Part shown: positions 10,131 through 19,628 of the stretch, piece by piece
How the letters are laid out: the number at the start of each line of letters is the position of its first letter
Position numbering within the stretch: the first letter of the stretch is position 1
DNA from: Candidatus Poribacteria bacterium
GTDB lineage: Bacteria > Poribacteria > WGA-4E > PCPOR2b
Length of the DNA stretch: 64,000 nucleotides
Assembly (NCBI GenBank): GCA_965208325.1
Contig: OZ242326.1
Coordinates: forward strand, 1,344,001 to 1,408,000
Reading direction: 5' to 3'
Position numbers and translations under genes: made by a program
The notes under the pieces: generated by a model
What the model was told of the DNA's origin: nothing
Database searches by the model: none
Seen by the model: only the letters and a program-made list of their open reading frames with translations

Positions 10131-11324
10131 TCACGCCGATCTTTTTGCCCGTGTGGATTCAATAAGAAAGTAAAGGCTATAGAGAAAATTCGGGAATTTG
10201 TATTCTCCCCGATTCTGGGTAGTAGTAAGCGCACCGAGCTGTCTCATGCGTTTAAGAAAAGAGTCAAGGACATTTAATTCGCCGTTCGACAATCCTAAGT
10301 TATCGATTATCTCTTTTCGTGTAAAAAGTAGCCTGCGTTTGTCCGCCAGTTTTCGCAGAATAGAGCGGTATGTGTCATTTTGAATGCCGCGAAAAATTTG
10401 CGGTTCTATCCATTTTGTCCCAACAACATCGGCGGCATCGAATATGCCATCACTTACCGCTTCTTCGTCAAGTTCCAAAGTCGGCGCAGCGCGCCATATA
10501 GCATGACCAATTTCATGCGCCAATACGGGATGCCCGCCCGTAAAAGATACAAGCCTATTTAATTGCTCGGTTTCAATTCTGGCTTTAGTGGAATCGAATG
10601 CGCGTTCGTAAAACTCTCTAGCCTCTGCATCCGACCAGCGAGAAATATCAACAATGTCAAAAATGCGGGCTATGGAAGGATTATTCGCAATCATCTCTTG
10701 GCGTCTCTCCTCTAATCCGACTATAAAAATACAAAGAGGAATGGGGCTTTTCGCGAGCGCAAATTTGTCCACTGTGCTCTTTAACCAATGCGCGAATTGT
10801 GTGGACGAGGCGAGACCGTTAATGTCGTCCAAAATAAGCAGCAGCCCTTTCGCGTGCCGATTTAGCGCTTCCAACAAACCCGTCATGTTTGTTACAAAAT
10901 GCTCGGTAATTGATGATATTTCATCATCCCCTAAATTTAACTCCAGCGAGAGACCGAAAGCGCCTACCTTCTTGATTTTATTGTCAACGAAATTACGGAT
11001 TGTCTGATGCCAGGGGGTTTTTATGCTTTCGTTAACCAACTCATTGAGTATCTTTTTCATCATCTCATCTAACGCATTAACGCCACCAAGTAAAGTATGG
11101 CACCCAACGATATTGTGTTCGCGGTCCGATAGTATTCGCACTACATCAGCAATTGAACTTTTACCGATACCGCGTTCACCGCTAATAAATGCAATTTTTA
11201 ACCGCGCTTGACCCGCACTTGCTTGCGCCAGCCCGCGCAAATGTTCAATTTCCCCGTTGCGGCCAACAAAAAACTCGAACGGTACTGGCACTCCCGGACT
11301 GAATGGGCTTGACTCAATATCCAC
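10131..11324 (-). CDS. P-loop AAA/STAND-like ATPase with C-terminal winged-helix-like region
   Basis: SPFSPG..FVGR, Walker A GERGIGKS, Walker B LLILDD and TGGHP. GTG start follows GGAGG. Confidence 0.85.
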   Translation of the reverse strand: MDIESSPFSPGVPVPFEFFVGRNGEIEHLRGLAQASAGQARLKIAFISGERGIGKSSIADVVRILSDREHNIVGCHTLLGGVNALDEMMKKILNELVNESIKTPWHQTIRNFVDNKIKKVGAFGLSLELNLGDDEISSITEHFVTNMTGLLEALNRHAKGLLLILDDINGLASSTQFAHWLKSTVDKFALAKSPIPLCIFIVGLEERRQEMIANNPSIARIFDIVDISRWSDAEAREFYERAFDSTKARIETEQLNRLVSFTGGHPVLAHEIGHAIWRAAPTLELDEEAVSDGIFDAADVVGTKWIEPQIFRGIQNDTYRSILRKLADKRRLLFTRKEIIDNLGLSNGELNVLDSFLKRMRQLGALTTTQNRGEYKFPNFLYSLYFLIESTRAKRSA

Positions 11325-11560
11325 GTGAAATACCTCCGTTAAATCCCGATCCTGCAGATGCCAAACTCTCACCATTTTCTACATGCAATTGCCACCCGGC
11401 AATCGTAAATTCTATCATAGACGTTGCTAGTCTACAAGGTTGAATGTACTCCCAATGTTGAAACATTCATGATTGTCCATTAGAGTGTAAGGGCGGGGTG
11501 AATTTGGTTCACAGAGAGGGCTATAGGAAAACTACCGCCCTCCCTATTCGGTCGGTTGAT

Positions 11561-11790
11561 CGTTGGGTTTGGCTATGCCAACACTGTGAAGGTCATCGTA
11601 GGGAAATTGGACAACGATTGGGTGAAGTGACGGTGTTGGTGTTATCCGCTCTACCCAACCTACAAGAGTGGAAGCGGCCGCGATTCGGAGATCGCTCTTA
11701 CAGGGGGTTGTGTGGTTATATTAGATAGGAGGGAATTTCGATTCCCGACGACGGGTTCAGTTCTGGTAAGTTGGGTAGCGCGGATTCATC
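11561..11790. repeat. REP cluster made of the same modules as 8362-10079
   Basis: Fifth copy of the ~104 bp module, GATTCGGAGATCGCTCTTAC and TAGGAGGGAATTTCGATTCCCGAC. Confidence 0.85.
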
Positions 11791-11821
11791 CAAAAATCGC
11801 AGGTTACAAAGAAACACCGTG

Positions 11822-12118
11822 TTAATCTTCGGTAAAGGATGTCGTTCGAGGCCGAACAACTTTATAGACAGTTTCACCGGGTTTGATAAAACCGAATCGC
11901 CGTACGAGGCGCTCTTGGTCGAGTTCGTCGGTCTGGAGTTTTTCGACTCTCGTTCTCAGGCGATCCCTTTTCAATTCAAGCGCGCTCAACTCGTCTAAAT
12001 ACTCCTGTTTAATCTGACGCGCTTTCTGCCAATTCTGATATTCACCGACGAACCGATAAGCACTGATGATTAAGACGGGAAATGTGATGATTAACAGCCA
12101 AGATTGAAGAAATCGCAT
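11822..12118 (-). CDS. Septum formation initiator, FtsB/DivIC family
   Basis: N-terminal TM helix, coiled coil and ERLVRRFGFIKPGETVY. Confidence 0.8.
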   Translation of the reverse strand: MRFLQSWLLIITFPVLIISAYRFVGEYQNWQKARQIKQEYLDELSALELKRDRLRTRVEKLQTDELDQERLVRRFGFIKPGETVYKVVRPRTTSFTED

Positions 12119-12133
12119 GAGGATGGTTTAGAA

Positions 12134-12259
12134 TAATGAGTAATGCGTAATGCGTAATGAGTAATGCGTAATGAGTAAGGGGTAATAAGTAAGGGGTAAT
12201 AAGTAAGGGGTAATAAGTAAGGGGTAATGAGTAAGGGGTAATGAGTAAGGGGTAATGAT
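12134..12259. repeat. Heptamer tandem repeat, 18 x TAAnnnG
   Basis: TAATGAG/TAATGCG/TAAGGGG/TAATAAG units, the last being TAATGAT. Confidence 0.95.
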
Positions 12260-12264
12260 CGTGG

Positions 12265-13062
12265 TTAGTGAGAATTTGATCCCCAGAGGTCATGATTATC
12301 TGTAAGAATTTCCGGGCCTTCGGGGAGAATTGCGACGGTATGTTCGAATAGCGCAGAAATGCGCCGATCGGCCGTGACTGCTGTCCAGCCATCTTCGAGC
12401 GTTTCAGATTCGTGTGTACCTGCATTGGTCATGGCTTCGATGGCGAGGACTGTACCGGGCCTTAATCGAACGCCTCTGCCGGGTTCTCCGTAATTGGGAA
12501 CCTGAGGCTCCTCGTGTAAATTTCGCCCAATCCCGTGACCAACAAAATCTCGAACTACTGAGAATCCGTGACTTTCCACATGGGTTTGCAATGCGGAACA
12601 GGCGTCGCCGAGCCGACTTCCCGGCTTTGCGGCGTCAATTGCTTTATAGAGTGCGTTTTTGGAGACTTCCAGTAGACTTTGCGCTTCCGGTTCAATGTCT
12701 CCGACAGGAAACGTGTACGCATTATCCCCATGAAATCCATTGAGATAGACTGCGGTGTCAATTCCAATAATGTCGCCCTCTTTTAGAATACAGTCCTTCC
12801 TTGGAATGCCATGAACAATTTCCTCGTTAATTGAAACGCAAATGGTCGCTGGATATGGCGGGTGATGCGGAAGTTGATACCCCAAAAACGATGAAATACC
12901 GCCAAGTTTCTTAATGGCTTCCCGGGAGATTTGATCCAATTCGTAAGTTGAAATACCGGGACTTACAGCTTCTCCGATTGTTTGAAGCACAATCGACGCG
13001 GCTTTTCCGCTGCGCCGCATTGTCTCGATTTCAGACCGGGACTTAATTCTGACTTTATTCAT
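12265..13062 (-). CDS. map: Type I methionine aminopeptidase
   Basis: CVSINEEIVHGIP, FHGDNA, GHGIG..LHEEP and FEHT motifs. Confidence 0.96.
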   Translation of the reverse strand: MNKVRIKSRSEIETMRRSGKAASIVLQTIGEAVSPGISTYELDQISREAIKKLGGISSFLGYQLPHHPPYPATICVSINEEIVHGIPRKDCILKEGDIIGIDTAVYLNGFHGDNAYTFPVGDIEPEAQSLLEVSKNALYKAIDAAKPGSRLGDACSALQTHVESHGFSVVRDFVGHGIGRNLHEEPQVPNYGEPGRGVRLRPGTVLAIEAMTNAGTHESETLEDGWTAVTADRRISALFEHTVAILPEGPEILTDNHDLWGSNSH

Positions 13063-13173
13063 TTGACGCTATTCCCAAATAAATCTCAAAAATAGTAATC
13101 CTTCACGCCGAGCACATGGCGCCAAATCTACGGTATGATATAACGATTGATTCCGCAAAAGGGATTCAGTAAG

Positions 13174-14562
13174 CTAAGCAACAATCTCACCACGCAAAGT
13201 GTGCGCAGTCGCGGAATTGATATTCACCTGCACAATATCGCCAATTTTTGAATTTTCTTTCGGAAACACAACTGTTTTGAAGCTGTCAGATCTACCGTGG
13301 TATTCATCTGCGTTGCGGCGAGACTGTCCTTCGACCAACACATTCGTGTTGCAGCCAACCAACTCCTGATTTATCTCAAGCGAAATTTTCTCTTGCAACG
13401 AAATAATCTCCCGCAATCGCCTTCCCTTTACCGTGCCGCTCACATCGTCATCTAACGACTTGTAGGCAAGCGTACCTTCACGAGGCGAGTATTTGAACAT
13501 GAATGCGGAATCGAATCGGATTTCATCCATGAGGCGGTAGGTTTCCATGAAATCGTGCTCGGTCTCGCCGCAAAAGCCGACGATAATATCAGTTGAAATC
13601 GCGAGATTCGGAATGCGGCGGCGCATATTCGCCACAAGCTCGCGGTAGGCTTCGGCCGTGTATGTCCGCCGCATGGCTTTAAGCGTTTTCGTTGAACCGG
13701 ATTGCAGTGGAAGATGTATTTGTTTACAGACTTTATCGCCGCCTGCAATGGCTTCAATCATGCCGTCTGTTGCGTCACTTGGATGCGGCGATGTAAATCG
13801 TATGCGTTCGATGCCTTCTATATCGTTAATTGCAAAGAGCAAATCTCCAAAATCGTGCGCTCCATCGTGGTAGGAGTTCACCGTCTGGCCGAGGAGGACA
13901 ACCTCTTTAAACCCGTCATCAACTAACCGCTTAACCTCACTGACTAACAGCTTTGCAGGAACACTGCGTTCGCGGCCGCGCACGAACGGCACAATGCAAA
14001 AGGTGCACATCTTGTCACAGCCTCGTTGCACGGTCAACCACGCCCGTATTCCGTCCTTACGAATTGGCGCGATGTCGGCGTAGTCTTCGTCTTGGTCGAG
14101 TTTCAAATTTACAAACGCATCACCTGCCGCCACTGAGCGGAGCGCCGCGGGAAGGCTGCGATAGGCGTCGGGACCTAGGACCAGATCCAAGTATGGCGCG
14201 GCGTCAAGTATTTTTGAGCGGGTATGCTGCGCCATGCAACCGCAGACACCCAGAATAAGGTTGGGTTGCAGCCGCTTCCGATGATTGAGTTGTTTGAGGC
14301 GATTGAGTACCTTGGTTTCGGCATTTTCGCGTATGGCACAGGTGTTGAGGAGTACTACATCAGCGTCCTCTAACCCATCGGCAGTTTCGTAACCGTTTTG
14401 CACCAAGATACCAGCCAGCAACTCGCTGTCGCTCACATTCATCTGACACCCATACGTCTCTATGTAGACACGTCTTGAGGCGTGTAGTTGAATCCCCGAT
14501 TCGACTGCCGGCGCAGCTTTGTATATTGGAAGTTGGGATTGAATTGGGATTTTGGAATTCAC
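13174..14562 (-). CDS. miaB: tRNA-i6A37 methylthiotransferase
   Basis: TYGCQMNxxDSE, NTCAIRENAE, GCDKMCTFC and a C-terminal TRAM domain. Confidence 0.95.
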   Translation of the reverse strand: MNSKIPIQSQLPIYKAAPAVESGIQLHASRRVYIETYGCQMNVSDSELLAGILVQNGYETADGLEDADVVLLNTCAIRENAETKVLNRLKQLNHRKRLQPNLILGVCGCMAQHTRSKILDAAPYLDLVLGPDAYRSLPAALRSVAAGDAFVNLKLDQDEDYADIAPIRKDGIRAWLTVQRGCDKMCTFCIVPFVRGRERSVPAKLLVSEVKRLVDDGFKEVVLLGQTVNSYHDGAHDFGDLLFAINDIEGIERIRFTSPHPSDATDGMIEAIAGGDKVCKQIHLPLQSGSTKTLKAMRRTYTAEAYRELVANMRRRIPNLAISTDIIVGFCGETEHDFMETYRLMDEIRFDSAFMFKYSPREGTLAYKSLDDDVSGTVKGRRLREIISLQEKISLEINQELVGCNTNVLVEGQSRRNADEYHGRSDSFKTVVFPKENSKIGDIVQVNINSATAHTLRGEIVA

Positions 14563-14943
14563 GGTTTAATCCTGTTCGACACGACCTAAACCACAGTAGG
14601 CGGTGCGCTATCTGGATGCATCTCACCGAGTGATATTATACTCATGACAGCAGGCTTTATGCAAGCGAAATTACGAGTTTCCTGTTATGATTCAATCTAC
14701 CCCGCAGCATGGAATTTGAAGCGCAGGCAGATGCGGTTAATGGAATTTGCAGAAGTCAGATTTTGGTGTATAATATCTCTTCAAAGACCCATTTTGCCGT
14801 AACATAAGCATTTCGTCATTGCGGAGCAGACGGTGTAGCATCTGCAGCTTTCCTAAAAAGATGGTCGAGCAAAGGTTTGCCTGAAATCAATTTGCCGCCG
14901 CCCGTTGATACGAAAAACTACGGATTTATTTAAGGAGCAATTA

Positions 14944-15996
14944 ATGCCAATATTTACGCAAGAACAGTTGAATCGGATTTCTACCGAGATTTTTGAAGCA
15001 GCGTCGGTGCCGCCGGAAGAAGCGCAAATTATCAGTGAACTGCTTGTTGACGCGAACCTAGTGGGACATGACTCGCACGGCGTAATTCGTATTCCGCAGT
15101 ATATCAAGCGGCTCAGGAATGGTGATATCCAGCCGGGCGCGCCGATGGAGATTGAACGCGAGTCTCCATCACATGCCGTAATTAACGGCAACTGGGGGTT
15201 TGGACAAGTTATCGCCACAAAGGCGATGTCGCTCGCAATCCGCAAAGCGCAATCCAGTGTCATAAGCGCCGTAAGCATTTACGACTGTAACCACATCGGA
15301 CGACTTGCCAGCTATACCATGATGGCGGCGGACCAGGGACTGATTGGTATAACAATGTTGAATGCCGGCGGCGCGGCGTTATCGGTGGCTGCGTACGGCG
15401 GCATCGATAGACGACTTGGCACAAACCCAATTTCTGTCGCGGTGCCGGCTGGAGATGCGGATTCGATTGTTTTAGATATCACTAGCAGCGTTGTGGCACA
15501 GGGGAAGATTGATGTTGCTGTTAACCGCGGCGATTCTGTTCCGCTTGGTTGGCTGATTGACGGCACAGGCGAGCCAACAACAGATCCTCGCGATTTCGAC
15601 AGTCCGTCTCCCGGTTCGATACTGCCGCTCGGCGGCTTGGCGGGACACAAGGGATTCGGGCTAGGTTTGATCATTGACGTGTTAGCAGGTACACTGTCCG
15701 GCAGCGGCTGCAGCGGTTCAAATAATACCCGGGTCTGCAACGCCACGTTGATGATTGTCATTGACATCGCTAAGTTTATTCCACTCGAAGATTACGACCG
15801 CCATATAGATAAACTTGTGACGTTCATGAAATGTTCACAATTAGCCCCAGGTTTTGATGAAGTGTTGATGCCCGGTGAAATCGAGTCGCGCCAGAAGCAG
15901 CAGCGTTTGAGTGAAGGGATACCGGTCGATGACGAAACATGGCGCCAGATTCAGGAAACGGCGGCAAATGTCGGCATATCGCAACTCAATTATTGA
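14944..15996 (+). CDS. Ldh_2 family oxidoreductase
   Basis: GHDSHGV, NHIGRL, GTNPIS and GHKGFGL. AAGGAG RBS before ATG 14944. Confidence 0.92.
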   Translation: MPIFTQEQLNRISTEIFEAASVPPEEAQIISELLVDANLVGHDSHGVIRIPQYIKRLRNGDIQPGAPMEIERESPSHAVINGNWGFGQVIATKAMSLAIRKAQSSVISAVSIYDCNHIGRLASYTMMAADQGLIGITMLNAGGAALSVAAYGGIDRRLGTNPISVAVPAGDADSIVLDITSSVVAQGKIDVAVNRGDSVPLGWLIDGTGEPTTDPRDFDSPSPGSILPLGGLAGHKGFGLGLIIDVLAGTLSGSGCSGSNNTRVCNATLMIVIDIAKFIPLEDYDRHIDKLVTFMKCSQLAPGFDEVLMPGEIESRQKQQRLSEGIPVDDETWRQIQETAANVGISQLNY

Positions 15997-16131
15997 TTTG
16001 GAATAAAGGCGGACGAATTACTTATATGAGGACTATTATCAAGCCCTTATTGACGCGGCTCCACTCACGGTAATGCGGATTCGGCCAAATACCAAGAATT
16101 TGACGTAGAATCGTTCCAAAGGAATACGAAC

Positions 16132-17028
16132 ATGGAAAAGCATGGCGACTTCAAATCTGGTTACGTCTCCATTATAGGCGAACCGAATGTCGGGAAATCA
16201 ACCCTGTTGAACGCGGTGATGGGAGAAAAATTAGCCATCGTCACGCCCAAGCCGCAGACGACCCGCAATCGAATCACGGGCATTGTCACCACAGATGAAT
16301 ATCAGATTGTATTTCTGGATACGCCCGGTATACTCAAGCCAAAATACCGCCTTCATAACCGTATGTTGGACGCAGCATACAGTGCACTCAAAGACGCCGA
16401 TCTTACGCTGTATTTGGTTGACGTACACCATATATCCACGCCCGCCGCGGAACAAATTCTCGCCGCGATAAGGAAAAATGGGCAGAAATCGATTTTAGTG
16501 ATAAACAAGATAGATTTGGCGCCAAAGCAGGCGCTGTTGCCAATTATCGAAACGTATAAAAAAGAGCCTCTGTTCGCGGAGATTGTCCCGATTTCCGCGA
16601 AGACTAGGGACGGCGTTGGACAACTTCTGCGGCTTATCGTTAAATTCCTTCCTGAAGGGCAACTCTATTTCCCCGCCGACCAAATAAGCGATTTGCCGGA
16701 GCGATTCTTTGCGGCGGAAACGATACGAGAAAAGATACTCCTTAAAACCCAGCAAGAAATTCCTTACGCTTCAAGCGTCGCCATCACAGAATTCAATCAA
16801 CGGGCAAATGGGACAATTTTCATTAGTGCTACGATTTATTCCGAACGGCCATCCCAAAAGCGAATATTGATTGGGAAAGGAGGGGAAATGATTAAAATCA
16901 TTGGGCAACTAGCGCGAATTGAAATACAAAAATTCTTGAATGCTTCGGTATTTCTGGACTTGCATGTTTCGGTCAAGAAAAACTGGCGGCAAGATGAAAA
17001 GAAACTCAGAGATATGGGATATTCGTAA
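16132..17028 (+). CDS. era: GTPase Era
   Basis: GEPNVGKS, PQTTR, DTPG, NKID and KH domain ILIGKGG. Confidence 0.96.
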   Translation: MEKHGDFKSGYVSIIGEPNVGKSTLLNAVMGEKLAIVTPKPQTTRNRITGIVTTDEYQIVFLDTPGILKPKYRLHNRMLDAAYSALKDADLTLYLVDVHHISTPAAEQILAAIRKNGQKSILVINKIDLAPKQALLPIIETYKKEPLFAEIVPISAKTRDGVGQLLRLIVKFLPEGQLYFPADQISDLPERFFAAETIREKILLKTQQEIPYASSVAITEFNQRANGTIFISATIYSERPSQKRILIGKGGEMIKIIGQLARIEIQKFLNASVFLDLHVSVKKNWRQDEKKLRDMGYS

Positions 17029-17263
17029 TAAATTTTACCCCAAATTATTTAAACGAGTTTGAGGAATAGCGCGGTTTCCCGTTGCCAATCATTCAAAATC
17101 TTGAAATCAGCGGTGAAAAATAAGCACAAAAAATGCTTGATCCGATTTTGATTTTTTGCTAGACTATCATCCATATCTGGGTACGTGTCCGTTTTGAAAT
17201 ATCATAATTATAGCCTTAGACATCACCAGCATTACTTTAGCAATATCCATCCCTTGATACCAA

Positions 17264-18418
17264 ATGAAGACAGTAATGACTTCGGATAGAGTTAGCGGCG
17301 ATTCACCCGACTCATCCGACCCATCCGCACCGCACCAGCCGCCCGAATATCCATCGGCCGCCCCAACTTCAGCCGTACGCACACCTCACAATACAGGATT
17401 GAATCAGGCATTAACTTTCGATCGATTTGTGGTAGGTGAAAGCAACCAGAAGGCTTACGAAGCTGCGCTCGCTTTGACCGACCAAACCGCCCAGGTAGAC
17501 AAGTTAATTGTCCACGGCGGCGTTGGACTTGGCAAAACCCATTTGCTGCACGCCATCGGGAACCACTTTCGACAAAAAAATCTGAATCATACCATGTACT
17601 GCCCATCCGCTGAAAAATACGTGGGCGAATGGATTCAGTCGATAGCAAGTCCGCAGAAATCAAATATGTTACGACAGCGGTACCACACCATTGATTTGTT
17701 ATTGATTGACGACATTCACTTTTTATCCAAGCACTCGAAAATTCAGGCGGAGTTTTTTCATTTACTCAACCACTTGAGCCAGCAAAACCAGCGAATTGTC
17801 TGTACGTGCGATCGACTGCCCCGGTTTCTCAAAGACCACTTAGCGTCTTCAAATGTCCTCAATAACGGCTTAATCGTTGAAATTTCTCCTCCCGAGTTCG
17901 ACTTGCGGGTGTCGATTCTAAAGCGGAAGTTACGGGAACGGAATTGGGGACCTGTTCCTTCAAGGGTGCTAGATTATTTAGCCAAGCATCTGACACAACA
18001 CGTTCGCCAGCTCGAAGGCGCGTTGAATCGCCTCATGGCGGAAGCCGGTTTGGGATCGAAATTGGATCTTGAGATAGCACGCCGCGTCTTGGAGAAGCGG
18101 TCCAACTTGAGTGTTTCGGGCGCAATCACGCTTGAAACGATTCAAGAAGCAGTGGCTCGATACTTTAATCTTACGCTATCCGATTTATGTTCCCGAAAGC
18201 GTGCACGACGATTCGTGCTTCCGCGTCAAGTCGGGATGTACCTTGCCCGCGAGCTAACCGAGCTTTCCCATTCGCAAATCAGCCTAGGTTTTGGCCAAAG
18301 CCATCATACTACTGTTATCCGGAGTTGCCAGCGAATCAATTCACTTCTCCAGGGAGATTTAGTTCTCAGCCAGTCCATTGAATCGTTGAAAACAGAACTA
18401 ACGCAACCCCAAAATTGA
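17264..18418 (+). CDS. DnaA-like protein (divergent paralog lacking domain I)
   Basis: TFDRFVVGESN, GGVGLGKTHL, LLIDDIHFL, VRQLEGAL and RQVGMYL...HHTTV. Confidence 0.85.
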   Translation: MKTVMTSDRVSGDSPDSSDPSAPHQPPEYPSAAPTSAVRTPHNTGLNQALTFDRFVVGESNQKAYEAALALTDQTAQVDKLIVHGGVGLGKTHLLHAIGNHFRQKNLNHTMYCPSAEKYVGEWIQSIASPQKSNMLRQRYHTIDLLLIDDIHFLSKHSKIQAEFFHLLNHLSQQNQRIVCTCDRLPRFLKDHLASSNVLNNGLIVEISPPEFDLRVSILKRKLRERNWGPVPSRVLDYLAKHLTQHVRQLEGALNRLMAEAGLGSKLDLEIARRVLEKRSNLSVSGAITLETIQEAVARYFNLTLSDLCSRKRARRFVLPRQVGMYLARELTELSHSQISLGFGQSHHTTVIRSCQRINSLLQGDLVLSQSIESLKTELTQPQN

Positions 18419-18482
18419 ACAGATTCTTACCGTTTACGATGCTCCGGAGAATCGTGGAAAGATTCAACCTCCACACTTACCA

Positions 18483-18762
18483 AGGCGTGTTGACATTTGT
18501 GTAAAGCTGCCTGTAATCGTAGGGGATGAACCGATTGAATAGCGAGGGCGATAGTGTTTATCAGGCCACCTCGCCCATTGACCAACGCGGGCAGGGAACT
18601 TCCAACCATACAGGTTGAGTCGATTTTGGTCGAACAACCTACAGCAGTCCGAAATCGTATCTGATTGTGAAAAAAGGGTTGGGGAACCCAACCCGTACGA
18701 AGGGTCATGTGTCTGCGCACCGTTCTTGATTGTCCGGTTGCGATGAAATGTCAACAGAACCT
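18483..18762. mobile_element. Putative MITE-like element
   Basis: Imperfect terminal inverted repeats AGGCGTGTTGACATTT and AAATGTCAACAGAACCT. The same end sequence recurs at ~23606-23622. Confidence 0.5.
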
Positions 18763-18824
18763 AACGTTTGCCGATAAATCAGCTGGATGTATCTTGCTTA
18801 TCTCCAATCCTCCTCTCAAACCAA

Positions 18825-18857
18825 AGGGGCAGGCTAAAAACCTGCCCCTACTTTTTT
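18825..18857 (+). terminator. Intrinsic terminator or REP-derived hairpin
   Basis: AGGGGCAGG-N7-CCTGCCCCT followed by AC and T6. Confidence 0.6.
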
Positions 18858-18970
18858 GATTATCACTGATTGACATCTTCAGGCGAAATGGTGTATCATT
18901 TGCCCGTCACCAAGCCGTATTCGATTATGATCACATCATTGAACTTTTTCTTACGGAATGGAATTGAACA

Positions 18971-19531
18971 ATGGGCACGGGCGTTCACGCATCTGATGAG
19001 ACGGACGGCATTAAGTCAAAGGCAAAGTATTGCCTGAAATGCGCAGGTCGGCTTGAGGACAGAATCATAGAAGACAAAGCGCGCCGAGCATGTACGGCAT
19101 GTGATTTTGTATTCTACCAAGACCCGAAGCCTGTCGCGGGCGTCCTTGCGGTGCGAGACGGAAATTTGTTACTGGTACAACGCGGCAATGAACCGAAGCG
19201 CGGCCGGTGGAGTTTTCCGACAGGTTACATTGATGTTGGTGACTCTCCCGAAGAAACGGCAATCCGGGAGGCAAAGGAAGAGGCAAATGTTGACGTACAA
19301 CTCAATAGCTTACTCGGGGTTTATTCCGACAAGCGGCGCACTGTCGTTCTTGTCATCTATACCGGTACGATTGGTGCCGGCAACCCAGCGGCTGGTGCAG
19401 AGGCATTAGACGCGCGGTTATTTGATCTTCAAGATTTGCCGATACTAGCATTCGACCACGACTACGACATATTGACGGATTTGTTTTCAAAAACTCAAGA
19501 GCATAATAGAACAGAAATGGTGACGCGTTAA
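18971..19531 (+). CDS. NUDIX hydrolase with N-terminal zinc ribbon
   Basis: CxxC...CxxC and Nudix box GYIDVGDSPEETAIREAKEEA. Confidence 0.92.
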   Translation: MGTGVHASDETDGIKSKAKYCLKCAGRLEDRIIEDKARRACTACDFVFYQDPKPVAGVLAVRDGNLLLVQRGNEPKRGRWSFPTGYIDVGDSPEETAIREAKEEANVDVQLNSLLGVYSDKRRTVVLVIYTGTIGAGNPAAGAEALDARLFDLQDLPILAFDHDYDILTDLFSKTQEHNRTEMVTR

Positions 19532-19628
19532 ATAAACTCTTCGAGAGGCAACAAGAATACGGCGCCATCGCCATTGAATTGAAACACGAGGCGTCCCAAA
19601 TCCCTAATTTCGCGCATAGGGAGGATAC

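Noticed and set aside
6077..11821. Intact prophage or ICE
   Set aside because: No integrase, structural genes, large terminase or att repeats are visible.
12042..12425. 127 aa ORF with LITPY repeats
   Set aside because: It is an artefact of the heptamer repeat and overlaps map and ftsB.
17029..18970. oriC beside the dnaA-like gene
   Set aside because: I saw no TTATCCACA cluster and no dnaN, and the protein is degenerate.
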